Shown here: positions 17,139-25,677 of the stretch, in pieces
Layout: the number at the start of each line of letters is the position of its first letter
How positions within the stretch are numbered: position 1 is the stretch's first letter
Source of the DNA: Chloroflexota bacterium
GTDB lineage: Bacteria; Chloroflexota; Limnocylindria; P2-11E
Assembly (NCBI GenBank): GCA_016194865.1
Contig: JACQAT010000001.1
Coordinates: 9,457-73,456 of the forward strand
Direction: 5' to 3'
DNA: 64,000 nucleotides
Program-made: the position numbers and the translations under genes
Notes under the pieces: generated by a model
What the model was told of the DNA's origin: nothing
Seen by the model: the letters and a program-made list of their open reading frames with translations, nothing else
Databases searched by the model: none

Positions 17139-17195
17139 CGGGCACCTCCACGGGCCCGGGGCGTGATGCCCCGAGCGACCGTGGAAGCGTAGCGA

Positions 17196-17993
17196 CTACG
17201 GGGCGATCTTGAAGGTGACCGTGACCTGGACGCGCCACCCGGTGTTCGGTGGGCAGCAGTCCGGCATCGGCTGCATGGCCGAGACGGATTGGATCTCGCC
17301 CAGCTTCTTGCCGGTCGCGGTGGCCATCGAGGTCGCGGAGGAACGCGCCTGCTCGACCGCGTCGGCCATCGCCTTGTCGAGGTCGGCCTTCGCGGGATTG
17401 AACGAGCTGGGCTGGTAGCCCTTGCCGCCGGCGCTCACGTTCACGCGCGTCGCGCCGTTCTGTGTCGCCGCGTTCATCGCGGGTACCAGGAGCTTGACGC
17501 TCGGGATGTCTGCGGTCATGGATGCGTCGATCGTGTACCGCGTGACCGTCTGCGGAAGGGGCTGACCCTTCTCGACGGGGGAGGGGGATCCCGGCTGCGG
17601 TGCCCCGAACTGCGGGTTCACGTTGAGATACGTGAAGTGCACCCCGCTCAGCGGGACGCCGAGCTTCTCGAGCGCGCCGCGGATCGCGACGAGACGGGCC
17701 TGCATCTCGTCGGAGGCCTTTTGGATGTCGTCAGGGCCGGACACCGATTGCGCGCTGATGTAGAGGGTCTGCTGCGGCGAGATGAAATCGGTCGATGAGG
17801 GCGGAACGACACCTGTCCCGATCGCGGTGATGAACGGCCCCTCGGAGGCGGGGGCGGCCTGCGGCGCGGCCACCGGGCCGGACGCGAATGCCGCCATGGA
17901 GACCGACAGCGAGAGCAGGACAGCCAGGGTCGCGAGCGTTATCACGCGAAGCGGATTGGAGATCGCGAGTGTTGCCACGCGGAGAGGTTTCAC
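17196..17993 (-). CDS. secreted SIMPL-domain (DUF541) protein
   Basis: Signal peptide LATLAVLLSLSVSMAAFA. Domain pattern: ...ITAIGTG..., ...RYTIDASMTA..., ...AVEQARSSATSMATATGKKLGEIQSV. A strong SD (GAAAGGAGG) lies upstream of GTG 17993. Confidence 0.7.
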   Translation of the reverse strand: MKPLRVATLAISNPLRVITLATLAVLLSLSVSMAAFASGPVAAPQAAPASEGPFITAIGTGVVPPSSTDFISPQQTLYISAQSVSGPDDIQKASDEMQARLVAIRGALEKLGVPLSGVHFTYLNVNPQFGAPQPGSPSPVEKGQPLPQTVTRYTIDASMTADIPSVKLLVPAMNAATQNGATRVNVSAGGKGYQPSSFNPAKADLDKAMADAVEQARSSATSMATATGKKLGEIQSVSAMQPMPDCCPPNTGWRVQVTVTFKIAP

Positions 17994-18113
17994 GTTGTGC
18001 CTCCTTTCAAGGCACCGCTCACGCTAGGTTCGGAGAGGGCCGCCGGCGTCACCCCTGGATCACGGGAGTATTACGCCTCACGTAAGAGTTAGCGTTTGGC
18101 GCGCCAGGCCGGA

Positions 18114-18181
18114 AGGTGGTCACAGCACCGCTTCGCGCTGCCGTGACCGTCCTGCTCCTGCGCCTACGGCTACGTAGTAGC
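18114..18181. repeat. 68-nt two-hairpin intergenic repeat, copy A
   Basis: 61 of 68 positions are identical to the reverse complement of 47813..47880 by hand alignment. Hairpin 1 is GGTCACAGCA/TGCCGTGACC (18118-18148). Hairpin 2 is CTACG/CGTAG (18164-18177). Confidence 0.8.
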
Positions 18182-18189
18182 GTGGCCAC

Positions 18190-18696
18190 GTGGCTCCAAA
18201 GGCGTCGTCTTTCGTCGGACCCGGCGCGCTCGATGTCTCATTCGAGGTCAACGGCCACCCTGCCACCGTCCACATCCCGCCGCACCGCACGCTCCTCGAC
18301 ACGCTGCGCGAGACGCTCGGCCTGACGGGCGCGAAGAAGGTCTGCGACGAGGGGACCTGCGGCGCGTGCACCGTGCTCGTCGACGGGAAGGCCGTGTACT
18401 CGTGCATGACGCTCGCGATCGCGTGCGAAGGCCGTTCCGTCGAGACGGTCGAGGGCCTGGCGCGCGACGGCCAGCTCCACCCGGTGCAGCAGGCGTTCAT
18501 CGACCACGACGCGTTCCAGTGCGGGTTCTGCACACCGGGTCAGCTCATGTCGATCGCCGCGCTGCTGCGCTCGAACGGCGCGCCGAGCGAGGAGGACGTG
18601 ACCCGCGCGGTCACGGGCAACCTCTGCCGCTGTGGCGCCTATCCCAACATCGTCGCGGCCGGCGTGGCCGCCGCGCGCAAGGCGGGCAGGGCATGA
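18190..18696 (+). CDS. (2Fe-2S)-binding small subunit of a xanthine dehydrogenase-family molybdoenzyme
   Basis: Cluster motifs CDEGTCGACTV and CGFCTPG...CRCGAY. ATGA overlap with the large subunit gene. Confidence 0.9.
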   Translation: MAPKASSFVGPGALDVSFEVNGHPATVHIPPHRTLLDTLRETLGLTGAKKVCDEGTCGACTVLVDGKAVYSCMTLAIACEGRSVETVEGLARDGQLHPVQQAFIDHDAFQCGFCTPGQLMSIAALLRSNGAPSEEDVTRAVTGNLCRCGAYPNIVAAGVAAARKAGRA

Positions 18697-20981
18697 CGCG
18701 CGTGATCCGCACGCGGGTCGAGTTCGAGGGCAACATCAGCGAGGAGCTCGCGGTCATCCAGGGCAGCGACCTCACGCGCTGGGGCCCTGGCCACGAGCTG
18801 TCCAGCGTCGGCAAGCCGGTCGCGCGCGCCGATGGCGCGGCCCGGGTCACCGGCGGCGCGAAGTACACGCAGGATCTCTTCCTCCCCGGGATGCTGCACG
18901 CGCGCATCCTGCGCAGCCCGTATCCGCGCGCTCGCGTCCGCCGCGTCGACGCCAGCCGCGCGCTGCGGCTGCCCGGCGTCCGTGCCGTGCTCCACCGCTT
19001 CAACGCGCCGAGGGCGGCGTTCCGCGGCGAGGAGACCATCTTCCGCGAAGAGGTGCGCTTCGTCGGCGACGAGGTCGCCGCGGTCGCGGCCGAGACCGCG
19101 GAGATCGCCGCGGAGGCGCTGCGGCTCATCGAGGTCGAGTACGAGGTGCTGCCGTTCGTCGTCGATCTCGAGGAGGCGATCCGCGAGGGCGCGCCGCGTC
19201 TTGAGGAGAAGGGCAACGTCAGCGAGAGCGGCACGCACAAGCGTGGCGACAGCGCGAAGGCGCTCAAGGAGTCGAAGATCGTCGTCGACGCGGCGTACCG
19301 CACGTCGACGCAGCTGCACAACAGCCTCGAGACGCACGGCGCCGTCGCGTCCTGGGACGGCGATCGCCTCACCGTGTGGGAGTCGACGCAGCACGTGTTC
19401 GGTGTCCGGCAGGGTCTGCACCTCGCGCTGCGGATCCCCATGACGAAGATCCGTGTCGTGTGCGACTTCATGGGCGGCGGCTTCGGCTCGAAGGGCGGCG
19501 TCGGCAAGTACACGATCGTCGCCGCGCTGTTCACGCGCCAGCTCGGAGCACCGGTGCGCTGCGTGCTGTCGCGCGAGGAGGAGAACCTCGCCGCCGGCAA
19601 TCGCTCGGCGACGCTCCAGCACCTGCGCCTCGGCTGGAAGGACGGACGGGTGCATGGTGCCGAGCACCACTCGTGGTCGAACTCGGGCCAGGGCCGCTGG
19701 GTCGCCGACCCGACCGGCCCGACCGACACGCTCTACGACTTCACGAACGTGACATCGAAGTCGTACCGCGTCGTCACGAACACCGGCGCGCTCGCCTCGT
19801 TCCGCGCGCCGGGCTACGTCGAGGGCACGTTCGCGCTCGAGTCAGCGCTCGACGAGCTCGCGCAGCGCGTCGCGATCGATCCGCTGACGCTGCGCACGCG
19901 TCATCTCGTGACGGGGAAGGACCCGAAGACCGGGATGAGGTACTCGTTCAAGCGGCTCGCCGAGTGCTACGAGATCGGCGCGCGCGAGATCGGGTGGGAC
20001 AAGCGCAAGGACGGCGGCGTCCGCGGCTCGACGCCGCAGCGGCGGCGCGGCATCGGCATGGCGTCGCAGATCTGGGGCGGCGGCGGCGGTCCACCCGCGT
20101 ACGCGACGGTGCACATCAATCCGGATGGCACCGCGCTGCTGCGCACCGGCACGCAGGACATCGGTACGGGCACGCGGACCGTCATGGCGCAGATCTGCGC
20201 GGAGGAGCTCCGACTCGACGTCGACGCGGTGCGCGTCGAGCTCGGCGACACCGACGGTCCCTACGGGCCGATCTCCGCGGGCTCGCTCACGCTCGCGTCC
20301 GTCGGGCCCGCGGTGCGGCTCGCCGCCGCCGACGCACGCACGCAGCTCGTCGCGCTGGCCGCCGGCATCCTCGAGGTGCCTGCCAAGGAGCTGCGGCTGG
20401 AGCGCGGCCAGGTGATCTCCAGCGGTGCGAAGACGCCGCTCCGCGAGGTCCTCAAGCAGGTGGAGAACTTCACCGTGATCGGGAAGGGGAGCCGCTTCCC
20501 GAACCCGCAGGAGACCGCCCTCAAGACCTTCGGCGCGCACTTCGTCAGCGTCGAGGTCGACCTCCGGACCGGCGAGATCATCCCGCTCCACGTCGTCGCC
20601 GTGCACGACGTCGGCCGCATCGTGAATCCGCGCACCGCCGCCTCGCAGGTCGAGGGCGGCGTGATCCAGGCGCTCGGCTTCGCCCTCACCGAGGAGCGGG
20701 TGCTCGATCTCCCGACCGGACGCGTCCTCACCGCGGACCTGGAGAGCTACAAGGTCCCGACGGTGCGCGACGTCCCCAGGATCACCGTGCGCTTCGTCGA
20801 TCAGCCCGACCGCGTCGCGAACAATCTCGGCGCGAAGGGGCTCGGCGAGCCGCCGATCATCCCCACGGCGGCCGCGCTCGCGAACGCGGTCGCGAACGCG
20901 ACGGGCGTCCGCGTGCGCACCGCGCCGCTCACGCCGGCGCGCGTGCTCGAGGCCATCGCGCTCGCGAGCGCGCAGCGATGA
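18693..20981 (+). CDS. molybdopterin-binding large subunit, xanthine dehydrogenase/aldehyde oxidase family
   Basis: 762 aa from ATG 18693. Motifs VTGGAKYTQD, GGGFGSKG and GLGEPPIIP are characteristic of the family. Confidence 0.9.
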   Translation: MTRVIRTRVEFEGNISEELAVIQGSDLTRWGPGHELSSVGKPVARADGAARVTGGAKYTQDLFLPGMLHARILRSPYPRARVRRVDASRALRLPGVRAVLHRFNAPRAAFRGEETIFREEVRFVGDEVAAVAAETAEIAAEALRLIEVEYEVLPFVVDLEEAIREGAPRLEEKGNVSESGTHKRGDSAKALKESKIVVDAAYRTSTQLHNSLETHGAVASWDGDRLTVWESTQHVFGVRQGLHLALRIPMTKIRVVCDFMGGGFGSKGGVGKYTIVAALFTRQLGAPVRCVLSREEENLAAGNRSATLQHLRLGWKDGRVHGAEHHSWSNSGQGRWVADPTGPTDTLYDFTNVTSKSYRVVTNTGALASFRAPGYVEGTFALESALDELAQRVAIDPLTLRTRHLVTGKDPKTGMRYSFKRLAECYEIGAREIGWDKRKDGGVRGSTPQRRRGIGMASQIWGGGGGPPAYATVHINPDGTALLRTGTQDIGTGTRTVMAQICAEELRLDVDAVRVELGDTDGPYGPISAGSLTLASVGPAVRLAAADARTQLVALAAGILEVPAKELRLERGQVISSGAKTPLREVLKQVENFTVIGKGSRFPNPQETALKTFGAHFVSVEVDLRTGEIIPLHVVAVHDVGRIVNPRTAASQVEGGVIQALGFALTEERVLDLPTGRVLTADLESYKVPTVRDVPRITVRFVDQPDRVANNLGAKGLGEPPIIPTAAALANAVANATGVRVRTAPLTPARVLEAIALASAQR

Positions 20982-21952
20982 AGCCCTTCGGCTACGCGCG
21001 ACCGCGGTCCGTCGCCGAGGCCACGCGGCTCCTTGGCGACGACGCCGTGGCCATCGCGGGCGGCACGGATCAGCTCGGCCTGATGAAGAGCGGGATCGCG
21101 GTGCCCGAGCGCCTCGTCTCGCTGAGCGGGCTCACCGATCTCGACGGCTGGACCCGGGAGCGCGGCAAGGGCCTGCGCATCGGCGCGCTGACGCCGTTGA
21201 CCGATCTCGAGACGTCGGCGGGGTTCGCCCGGATTCTCCCTGTCGTGCCTCAAGCGCTGGCGCTGGCCGCGACCCCGCAGCTCCGCACGATGGGCACGGT
21301 CGGCGGCAACCTGCTGCAGAAGACGCGCTGCTGGTACTACCGCGACGAGGCGTTCCCCTGCTGGCTGAAGGGCGGGACCCGCTGCTTCGCGCTCGAGGGC
21401 GATAACCGTCATCACGCGGTGCTCGGCGCGGAGGAGTGCGTGAGCGCCTCGCCGAGCGATCTCGCGCCGGCGCTCATCGCGTACGACGCGAGCGTCGAGC
21501 TGCGCGGCGCACGCGGCGGGCGCACGATCGCGCTCGCCGACCTCTACCAGGCCCCGCACGGCGCGAAACGCGCCGAGCACACGATCCGGGCGACCGAGGT
21601 GCTCACGGCCGTCCGCATCCCCGAGGCCGCGCTCGCGCGCCGCGCGACGTTCCTGAAGGCGATGGACCGGAAGGCGTGGAGCTTCGCCGTCGTCTCGGTC
21701 TCGGTCGCGGCCCGCGTGCGCGACGGGAAGGCGCGCGACGTCCGCATCGTTCTCGGCGGCGTGGCGCCGATCCCGTGGCGCGCACGGAGCGCCGAGACGA
21801 TCCTCGAAGGGCGCGCCCTCGACGACGCGACGTGCCGCGCGGCCGCGGACGGCGCGTTCGCCGACGCGGAGCCGCTCAAGGACAACGGGCACAAGGTGAC
21901 CATCGGGCGCGAGCTCGTCCGGCGCGCGCTTCGCAGCCTCGCCGATGCGTAG
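20978..21952 (+). CDS. FAD-binding medium subunit (CoxM/PaoB-like) with a 4-Cys insertion
   Basis: ATGA overlap. AGGTDQLGLMK FAD motif. The insertion is TRCWYYRDEAFPCWLKGGTRCFALEG...EECVSASPSD. Confidence 0.85.
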   Translation: MKPFGYARPRSVAEATRLLGDDAVAIAGGTDQLGLMKSGIAVPERLVSLSGLTDLDGWTRERGKGLRIGALTPLTDLETSAGFARILPVVPQALALAATPQLRTMGTVGGNLLQKTRCWYYRDEAFPCWLKGGTRCFALEGDNRHHAVLGAEECVSASPSDLAPALIAYDASVELRGARGGRTIALADLYQAPHGAKRAEHTIRATEVLTAVRIPEAALARRATFLKAMDRKAWSFAVVSVSVAARVRDGKARDVRIVLGGVAPIPWRARSAETILEGRALDDATCRAAADGAFADAEPLKDNGHKVTIGRELVRRALRSLADA

Positions 21953-22769
21953 GCTCGAGCTCGTCCGCGCGCTCCTGCGGAACGAGACGTCGATCCTTCG
22001 CGTCCTCGCCCTCGGCGATGCGAAGGCAGCGCGCGAGTTCGGCGCCGGGTTCGCAACGCGGGGCGGGGTCGCCTGCACGTCGGCCCGGGCGTTCCCGATC
22101 GCGCTCCTGCACCGTGCCATCGGCTTCGGGTCGCTTGTTCGCGCGGACCAGTCCACGCTCGACCAGGTCGTCCGGCACTACAAGACGCTCGGGCTGCCCG
22201 CGCGCGTCGAGCTCGACGAACGGGTGGCGCCCGCGATCGCCGCGCGGCTCCTCGAACGGAATGGCTTCGCGCGCGAGGAGTTCGTGCACCACGTCCACGT
22301 GCTGGAGGCCGCGAGCGCACCGCGGCCGGTCACGATCGGCGGTCTCACCATCGACCGGGTCACGGCGCGGACCGCGAAGTCGTTCGGAGCGGCGACCGCG
22401 CGCGGCTTCGCGGTCGAGGGAACCCCGCTGGGCGAGTTCTTCGACCGCGTGTCGGTCGCCGCCGTCCGGACCGCCACCGATCGCGTCGCCGCCTTCCTGC
22501 CACGGGTGGATGGCGAGATCGCGGGCACCGGCATGGCGTTCCTCTCGCCCGGCGTGTGCGGGCTCTACTCGGGCAGCGTGTTCGAGCCGTTCCGTGGCCG
22601 CGGCATACAGAACGCGCTCATCGCGGAGCGGGTGCGCTTCGGGCTCTCGCGGCGCCGCCGGATCTTCGTCTCACAGACCGAGGGCGACAACCCCTCGTCG
22701 CACAACCTCCGCGAGATGGGCTTCCGCCACCTCTACACCGCGACCTTCTACCTCAAGCCGACCGCATGA
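21945..22769 (+). CDS. GNAT family N-acetyltransferase
   Basis: 274 aa. The C-terminal acetyl-CoA motif region is VFEPFRGRGIQNALI. It overlaps the upstream stop by 8 nt and the downstream start by ATGA. Confidence 0.65.
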   Translation: MRRLELVRALLRNETSILRVLALGDAKAAREFGAGFATRGGVACTSARAFPIALLHRAIGFGSLVRADQSTLDQVVRHYKTLGLPARVELDERVAPAIAARLLERNGFAREEFVHHVHVLEAASAPRPVTIGGLTIDRVTARTAKSFGAATARGFAVEGTPLGEFFDRVSVAAVRTATDRVAAFLPRVDGEIAGTGMAFLSPGVCGLYSGSVFEPFRGRGIQNALIAERVRFGLSRRRRIFVSQTEGDNPSSHNLREMGFRHLYTATFYLKPTA

Positions 22770-23935
22770 TCGAGCTCTCGCAGGACGAGGCGCGGCTGCT
22801 GTTCCTGCGCGCGCAGGGCTTCATCGGCAGGCCCGATCGCAAGGCGGGCGCGGGTGGCGTGCTGCGCGCCGTCGGCGCGGTACAGCTCGACACGATCTCG
22901 GCGCTCGCGCGGACGCACGAGCTCATCCCGTACGCGAGGCTGGGCCCGATCCCGCGCAAGGACGTCGAGGACGCGTACTGGCACCGGCCGGCCCGCGCGT
23001 TCGAATACTGGGCGCACGCGATGTGCATCATCCCGATCGAAGATTGGCCGTGGTACTGGGCGCGCCGTCGCAAACGCGCCGCGTACACGCACCCCCGGCG
23101 GCCGCACGACAAGCAGGCCATCCGCGAGGCGCTCGCTCTGCTCAAGGACGGCCCGATCACGTCGGAGGACATCGGCGGATCGCGCAGCAAGGCGCCGGCG
23201 ATCAAGAACGTCTGGTGGCACTGGTCCCCGCTCAAGATCGCGGTCGAGCACCTGCTCTCCGTCGGCGAGGTCGTCTGCGTCGAGCGCCGTGGCTGGCGCC
23301 GCGTGTACGACCTCGCGGAGCGCGCGATCCCAGCGCGTTTGCTGAAGCGGGTCCCATCGGACGAGGAGTGCCACGACCATCTCGTACGTGAGGCGCTCGT
23401 GCGGCAGGGCGTCGCGACGGCGACGGATCTCCAGACCTATTTCGGCGGGATGTACATGAAGGACGCGCGCGCCGCGGCGATCCGTCTCGGGCTCATGGAG
23501 GCGCGGGTGCACGGCTGGAAGGACCGCGCGTGGGTCGATCGCGACGCGCTGAAGAGCCTCAAGAAGCGAGGCGCGCACCGCACGACGCTGCTGTCACCGT
23601 TCGACTCCCTGGTGTGGGAGCGCGATCGTGACCGGCGGTTCTTCGACTTCGCGTTCCGCCTCGAGGCGTACACGCCCGCGCACCTGCGCGAGCACGGCTA
23701 CTTCGTGATGCCGCTCCTCGCCGGCGGCCGGCTGGTCGGCCGCGTCGATCCGGGCCGCGCGGGGACGACGCTCATCGCGAAGCGCGTCTCGTTCGAGACA
23801 GGGGCGGTCGAGGAGATGGCGGGCGCGCTCGTCGAGACGGCGTCGTGGGTCGGCTGCGACGCGGTGCGCGTGGAGAAGGTCGTGCCCGCGAAGCACGCGG
23901 GCTCACTGCGCGCGGCGATCAAGCGCGTCGGGTAA
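22766..23935 (+). CDS. winged-helix DNA glycosylase of the AlkZ/YcaQ (DUF1006) family
   Basis: 389 aa from ATG 22766. Conserved blocks are VQLDTISALARTHELIPYARLG, FEYWAHAMCIIP and LLSPFDSLVWERDR..FDFAFRLEAYTPAHLREHGYFVMPLL, as in YcaQ-like crosslink-repair glycosylases. Confidence 0.7.
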   Translation: MIELSQDEARLLFLRAQGFIGRPDRKAGAGGVLRAVGAVQLDTISALARTHELIPYARLGPIPRKDVEDAYWHRPARAFEYWAHAMCIIPIEDWPWYWARRRKRAAYTHPRRPHDKQAIREALALLKDGPITSEDIGGSRSKAPAIKNVWWHWSPLKIAVEHLLSVGEVVCVERRGWRRVYDLAERAIPARLLKRVPSDEECHDHLVREALVRQGVATATDLQTYFGGMYMKDARAAAIRLGLMEARVHGWKDRAWVDRDALKSLKKRGAHRTTLLSPFDSLVWERDRDRRFFDFAFRLEAYTPAHLREHGYFVMPLLAGGRLVGRVDPGRAGTTLIAKRVSFETGAVEEMAGALVETASWVGCDAVRVEKVVPAKHAGSLRAAIKRVG

Positions 23936-23944
23936 CGGCCGGAC

Positions 23945-24511
23945 CTACCGACCCAGGTCGATCGTCGTCCGCGATGACTGCCTGAGCACGAGCTTGAGCT
24001 GGGTCGCCGCGGGGTTGATGTCGAACATGATGAGGGTATTGACCGGGACTCCCGGTGCGTACTCGTCGGCCAAGGAAAGCGCGGTCAAGTTCTGGAACGT
24101 CGCGTATGAGGAGCCCGTGGGATCGGCCGCGTACGTGATCCCGCCGCCGTCCGACAGCGCGAAGTCCTGCATGCCGATGCCAACGTTCTGCTTCCCGATG
24201 TTCGTGAGCGTCAGATAGGCGATGAAGAATGAACCCTTGGCATCCGTCGTGTTCCCGAACCGGGTCCAGGTCACGGTCGTTTGCATGTCGGTCTTGGTCA
24301 CGGTGTATTCCCAATTACCGGCCGCGACCTTGTCGCCGACCGTCGGTCGTGTCACCTTCGCCGGCACGGAGGTGGCTGAATTGCCGGCGGCGCTGGTCGG
24401 CGTACGTGTGACCACGGACTTCCAGTCGCTCGACATGGCCATGAGAGCGACGAGAAGCATCAGTCCGCCGCACCCGACGCCGGCCTTCTTGATCACCGCG
24501 GAGCGCTCCAA
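23945..24511 (-). CDS. membrane-anchored DUF4352-like extracellular protein
   Basis: N-terminal TM segment GCGGLMLLVALMAM followed by a beta-rich domain (GNWEYTVTK..., FFIAYLTLTNIGKQ..., FALSDGGGITY). Visibly lower GC than its neighbours. Confidence 0.6.
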   Translation of the reverse strand: MERSAVIKKAGVGCGGLMLLVALMAMSSDWKSVVTRTPTSAAGNSATSVPAKVTRPTVGDKVAAGNWEYTVTKTDMQTTVTWTRFGNTTDAKGSFFIAYLTLTNIGKQNVGIGMQDFALSDGGGITYAADPTGSSYATFQNLTALSLADEYAPGVPVNTLIMFDINPAATQLKLVLRQSSRTTIDLGR

Positions 24512-24550
24512 ACCTGAATTGGGATACCATAGTCAGCGGACGGGCCGAGT

Positions 24551-25165
24551 TCAACGTCGGCCGGATTCCTTCGCCGGCGGCCAGCCGCCCTCGGGGACGT
24601 CGTCGCCGCGCTCGATCGCCAGCAGCCGCCGCTTCGCGTCGAGGCCACCCGCGTAGCCACCCAGGCTGCCGTGCGTCGCGACGACGCGGTGGCAGGGGAC
24701 CACGATGGGGATCGGGTTCGCGCCGAGCGCGGCGCCCGTCGCGCGTGACGCGCGCTCGTTGCCGGCGCGCTTCGCGATCACGGCGTAGGTGGTGAGGTCG
24801 CCGAAGCCGACCTTCGCGGTGGCGCGGAGCACGCGCTGCTGGAACGGCGTGAGCCCGCTCAGATCGACGGGGACGTCGAACGTGCGGCGCTTGCCGCGGA
24901 AGTACTGATCGAGCTCGCGCGCCACGGGCGACGTCCGCTTCGCGTCGGGCACCAGACCGGGCCCATAGGTCCGGAGCAGCCGCCTCAGCTCGCGCGCGTC
25001 CGGCTCGTCGCCGTAGTGGATGGTGGTGATGCCCCGCGGCCCGACGCCGACCCACAGCGCGCCGAGCGGCGAGTCGATGACGCCGTAGCCGACGCGCACG
25101 AGATCCTCAGCGGCCGCGCGCGTGATGAGCGCCGCGCGCGCCTCGTCCACAAGCTGCTCGATCAC
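24551..25165 (-). CDS. ogt: methylated-DNA--protein-cysteine methyltransferase (O6-alkylguanine alkyltransferase)
   Basis: Active site IVVPCHRVV. Also TPFQQRVLRA and NPIPIVVP. GTG 25165 overlaps the sigma factor stop (GTGA). Confidence 0.9.
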   Translation of the reverse strand: MIEQLVDEARAALITRAAAEDLVRVGYGVIDSPLGALWVGVGPRGITTIHYGDEPDARELRRLLRTYGPGLVPDAKRTSPVARELDQYFRGKRRTFDVPVDLSGLTPFQQRVLRATAKVGFGDLTTYAVIAKRAGNERASRATGAALGANPIPIVVPCHRVVATHGSLGGYAGGLDAKRRLLAIERGDDVPEGGWPPAKESGRR

Positions 25166-25629
25166 CGCATCGCCTCCTTGACCTTCTTCGTCGCTTCCGA
25201 CACGCGCGCCCGCGCCGCCACTTCCGTGATCTCGAGCGCCGACGCCACGTCGCCGTACGGCAGCCCCTGCACCCGCCGCAGCACGAACGCGGCGCGCTGG
25301 CCCGCGGGAAGGACGCGGATCGCGCCGACGAGATCCAGGAGCGACACGCCGTCGCCCTGCGGCGCCGCGAGACGCAGGTCCTCGAGGCTCACGATGCGCC
25401 GGCGCTTGCGGCCGTGGTCGATCGCCTTGTTCGTCGCGATGCGATAGAGCCAGGCGCGCTCGTTGTCCCTCCGTGGCGGCGGCCAGGAGCGGAACGCCGC
25501 GAGGAAGGTGTCCTGGAAGACGTCGTCGGCGTCGTGCCGCGTGCCGGTCAGGCGCAGCGCGTAGCGGTACAGCTCGAGCTCGTGCCGCTCCAGGAGCTCG
25601 CCGAACGAGAGCGCGGGCTGCATCGTCAC
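25162..25629 (-). CDS. ECF-type sigma-70 family RNA polymerase sigma factor
   Basis: 155 aa. Region 2 is DADDVFQDTFLAAF..AWLYRIATNKAID. Region 4 is LPAGQRAAFVLRRVQGLPYGDVASAL. Confidence 0.9.
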   Translation of the reverse strand: MTMQPALSFGELLERHELELYRYALRLTGTRHDADDVFQDTFLAAFRSWPPPRRDNERAWLYRIATNKAIDHGRKRRRIVSLEDLRLAAPQGDGVSLLDLVGAIRVLPAGQRAAFVLRRVQGLPYGDVASALEITEVAARARVSEATKKVKEAMR

Positions 25630-25677
25630 CTGACACTAGAACGCTCAAGGCTGGCCCTTTGTGAGACAGTCGCCGCA

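Noticed and set aside
15781-17238. The 485-aa ORF as a single gene.
   Set aside because: Its first two thirds overlap the unambiguous hbd gene (16251..17138) in another frame and are Arg/Gly-rich. Only the hydrophobic tail downstream of hbd was kept as a possible small membrane protein.
18116-18325. ORFs MVTAPLRAAVTVLLLRLRLRSS... (18116..18325, +) and MVTAPLRVAVTVLLLRLRLRSS... (47651..47878, -) as a duplicated small protein.
   Set aside because: The similarity is confined to the 68-nt hairpin repeat. Beyond it the two ORFs diverge completely and overlap real genes, so the shared peptide is a by-product of the DNA repeat.
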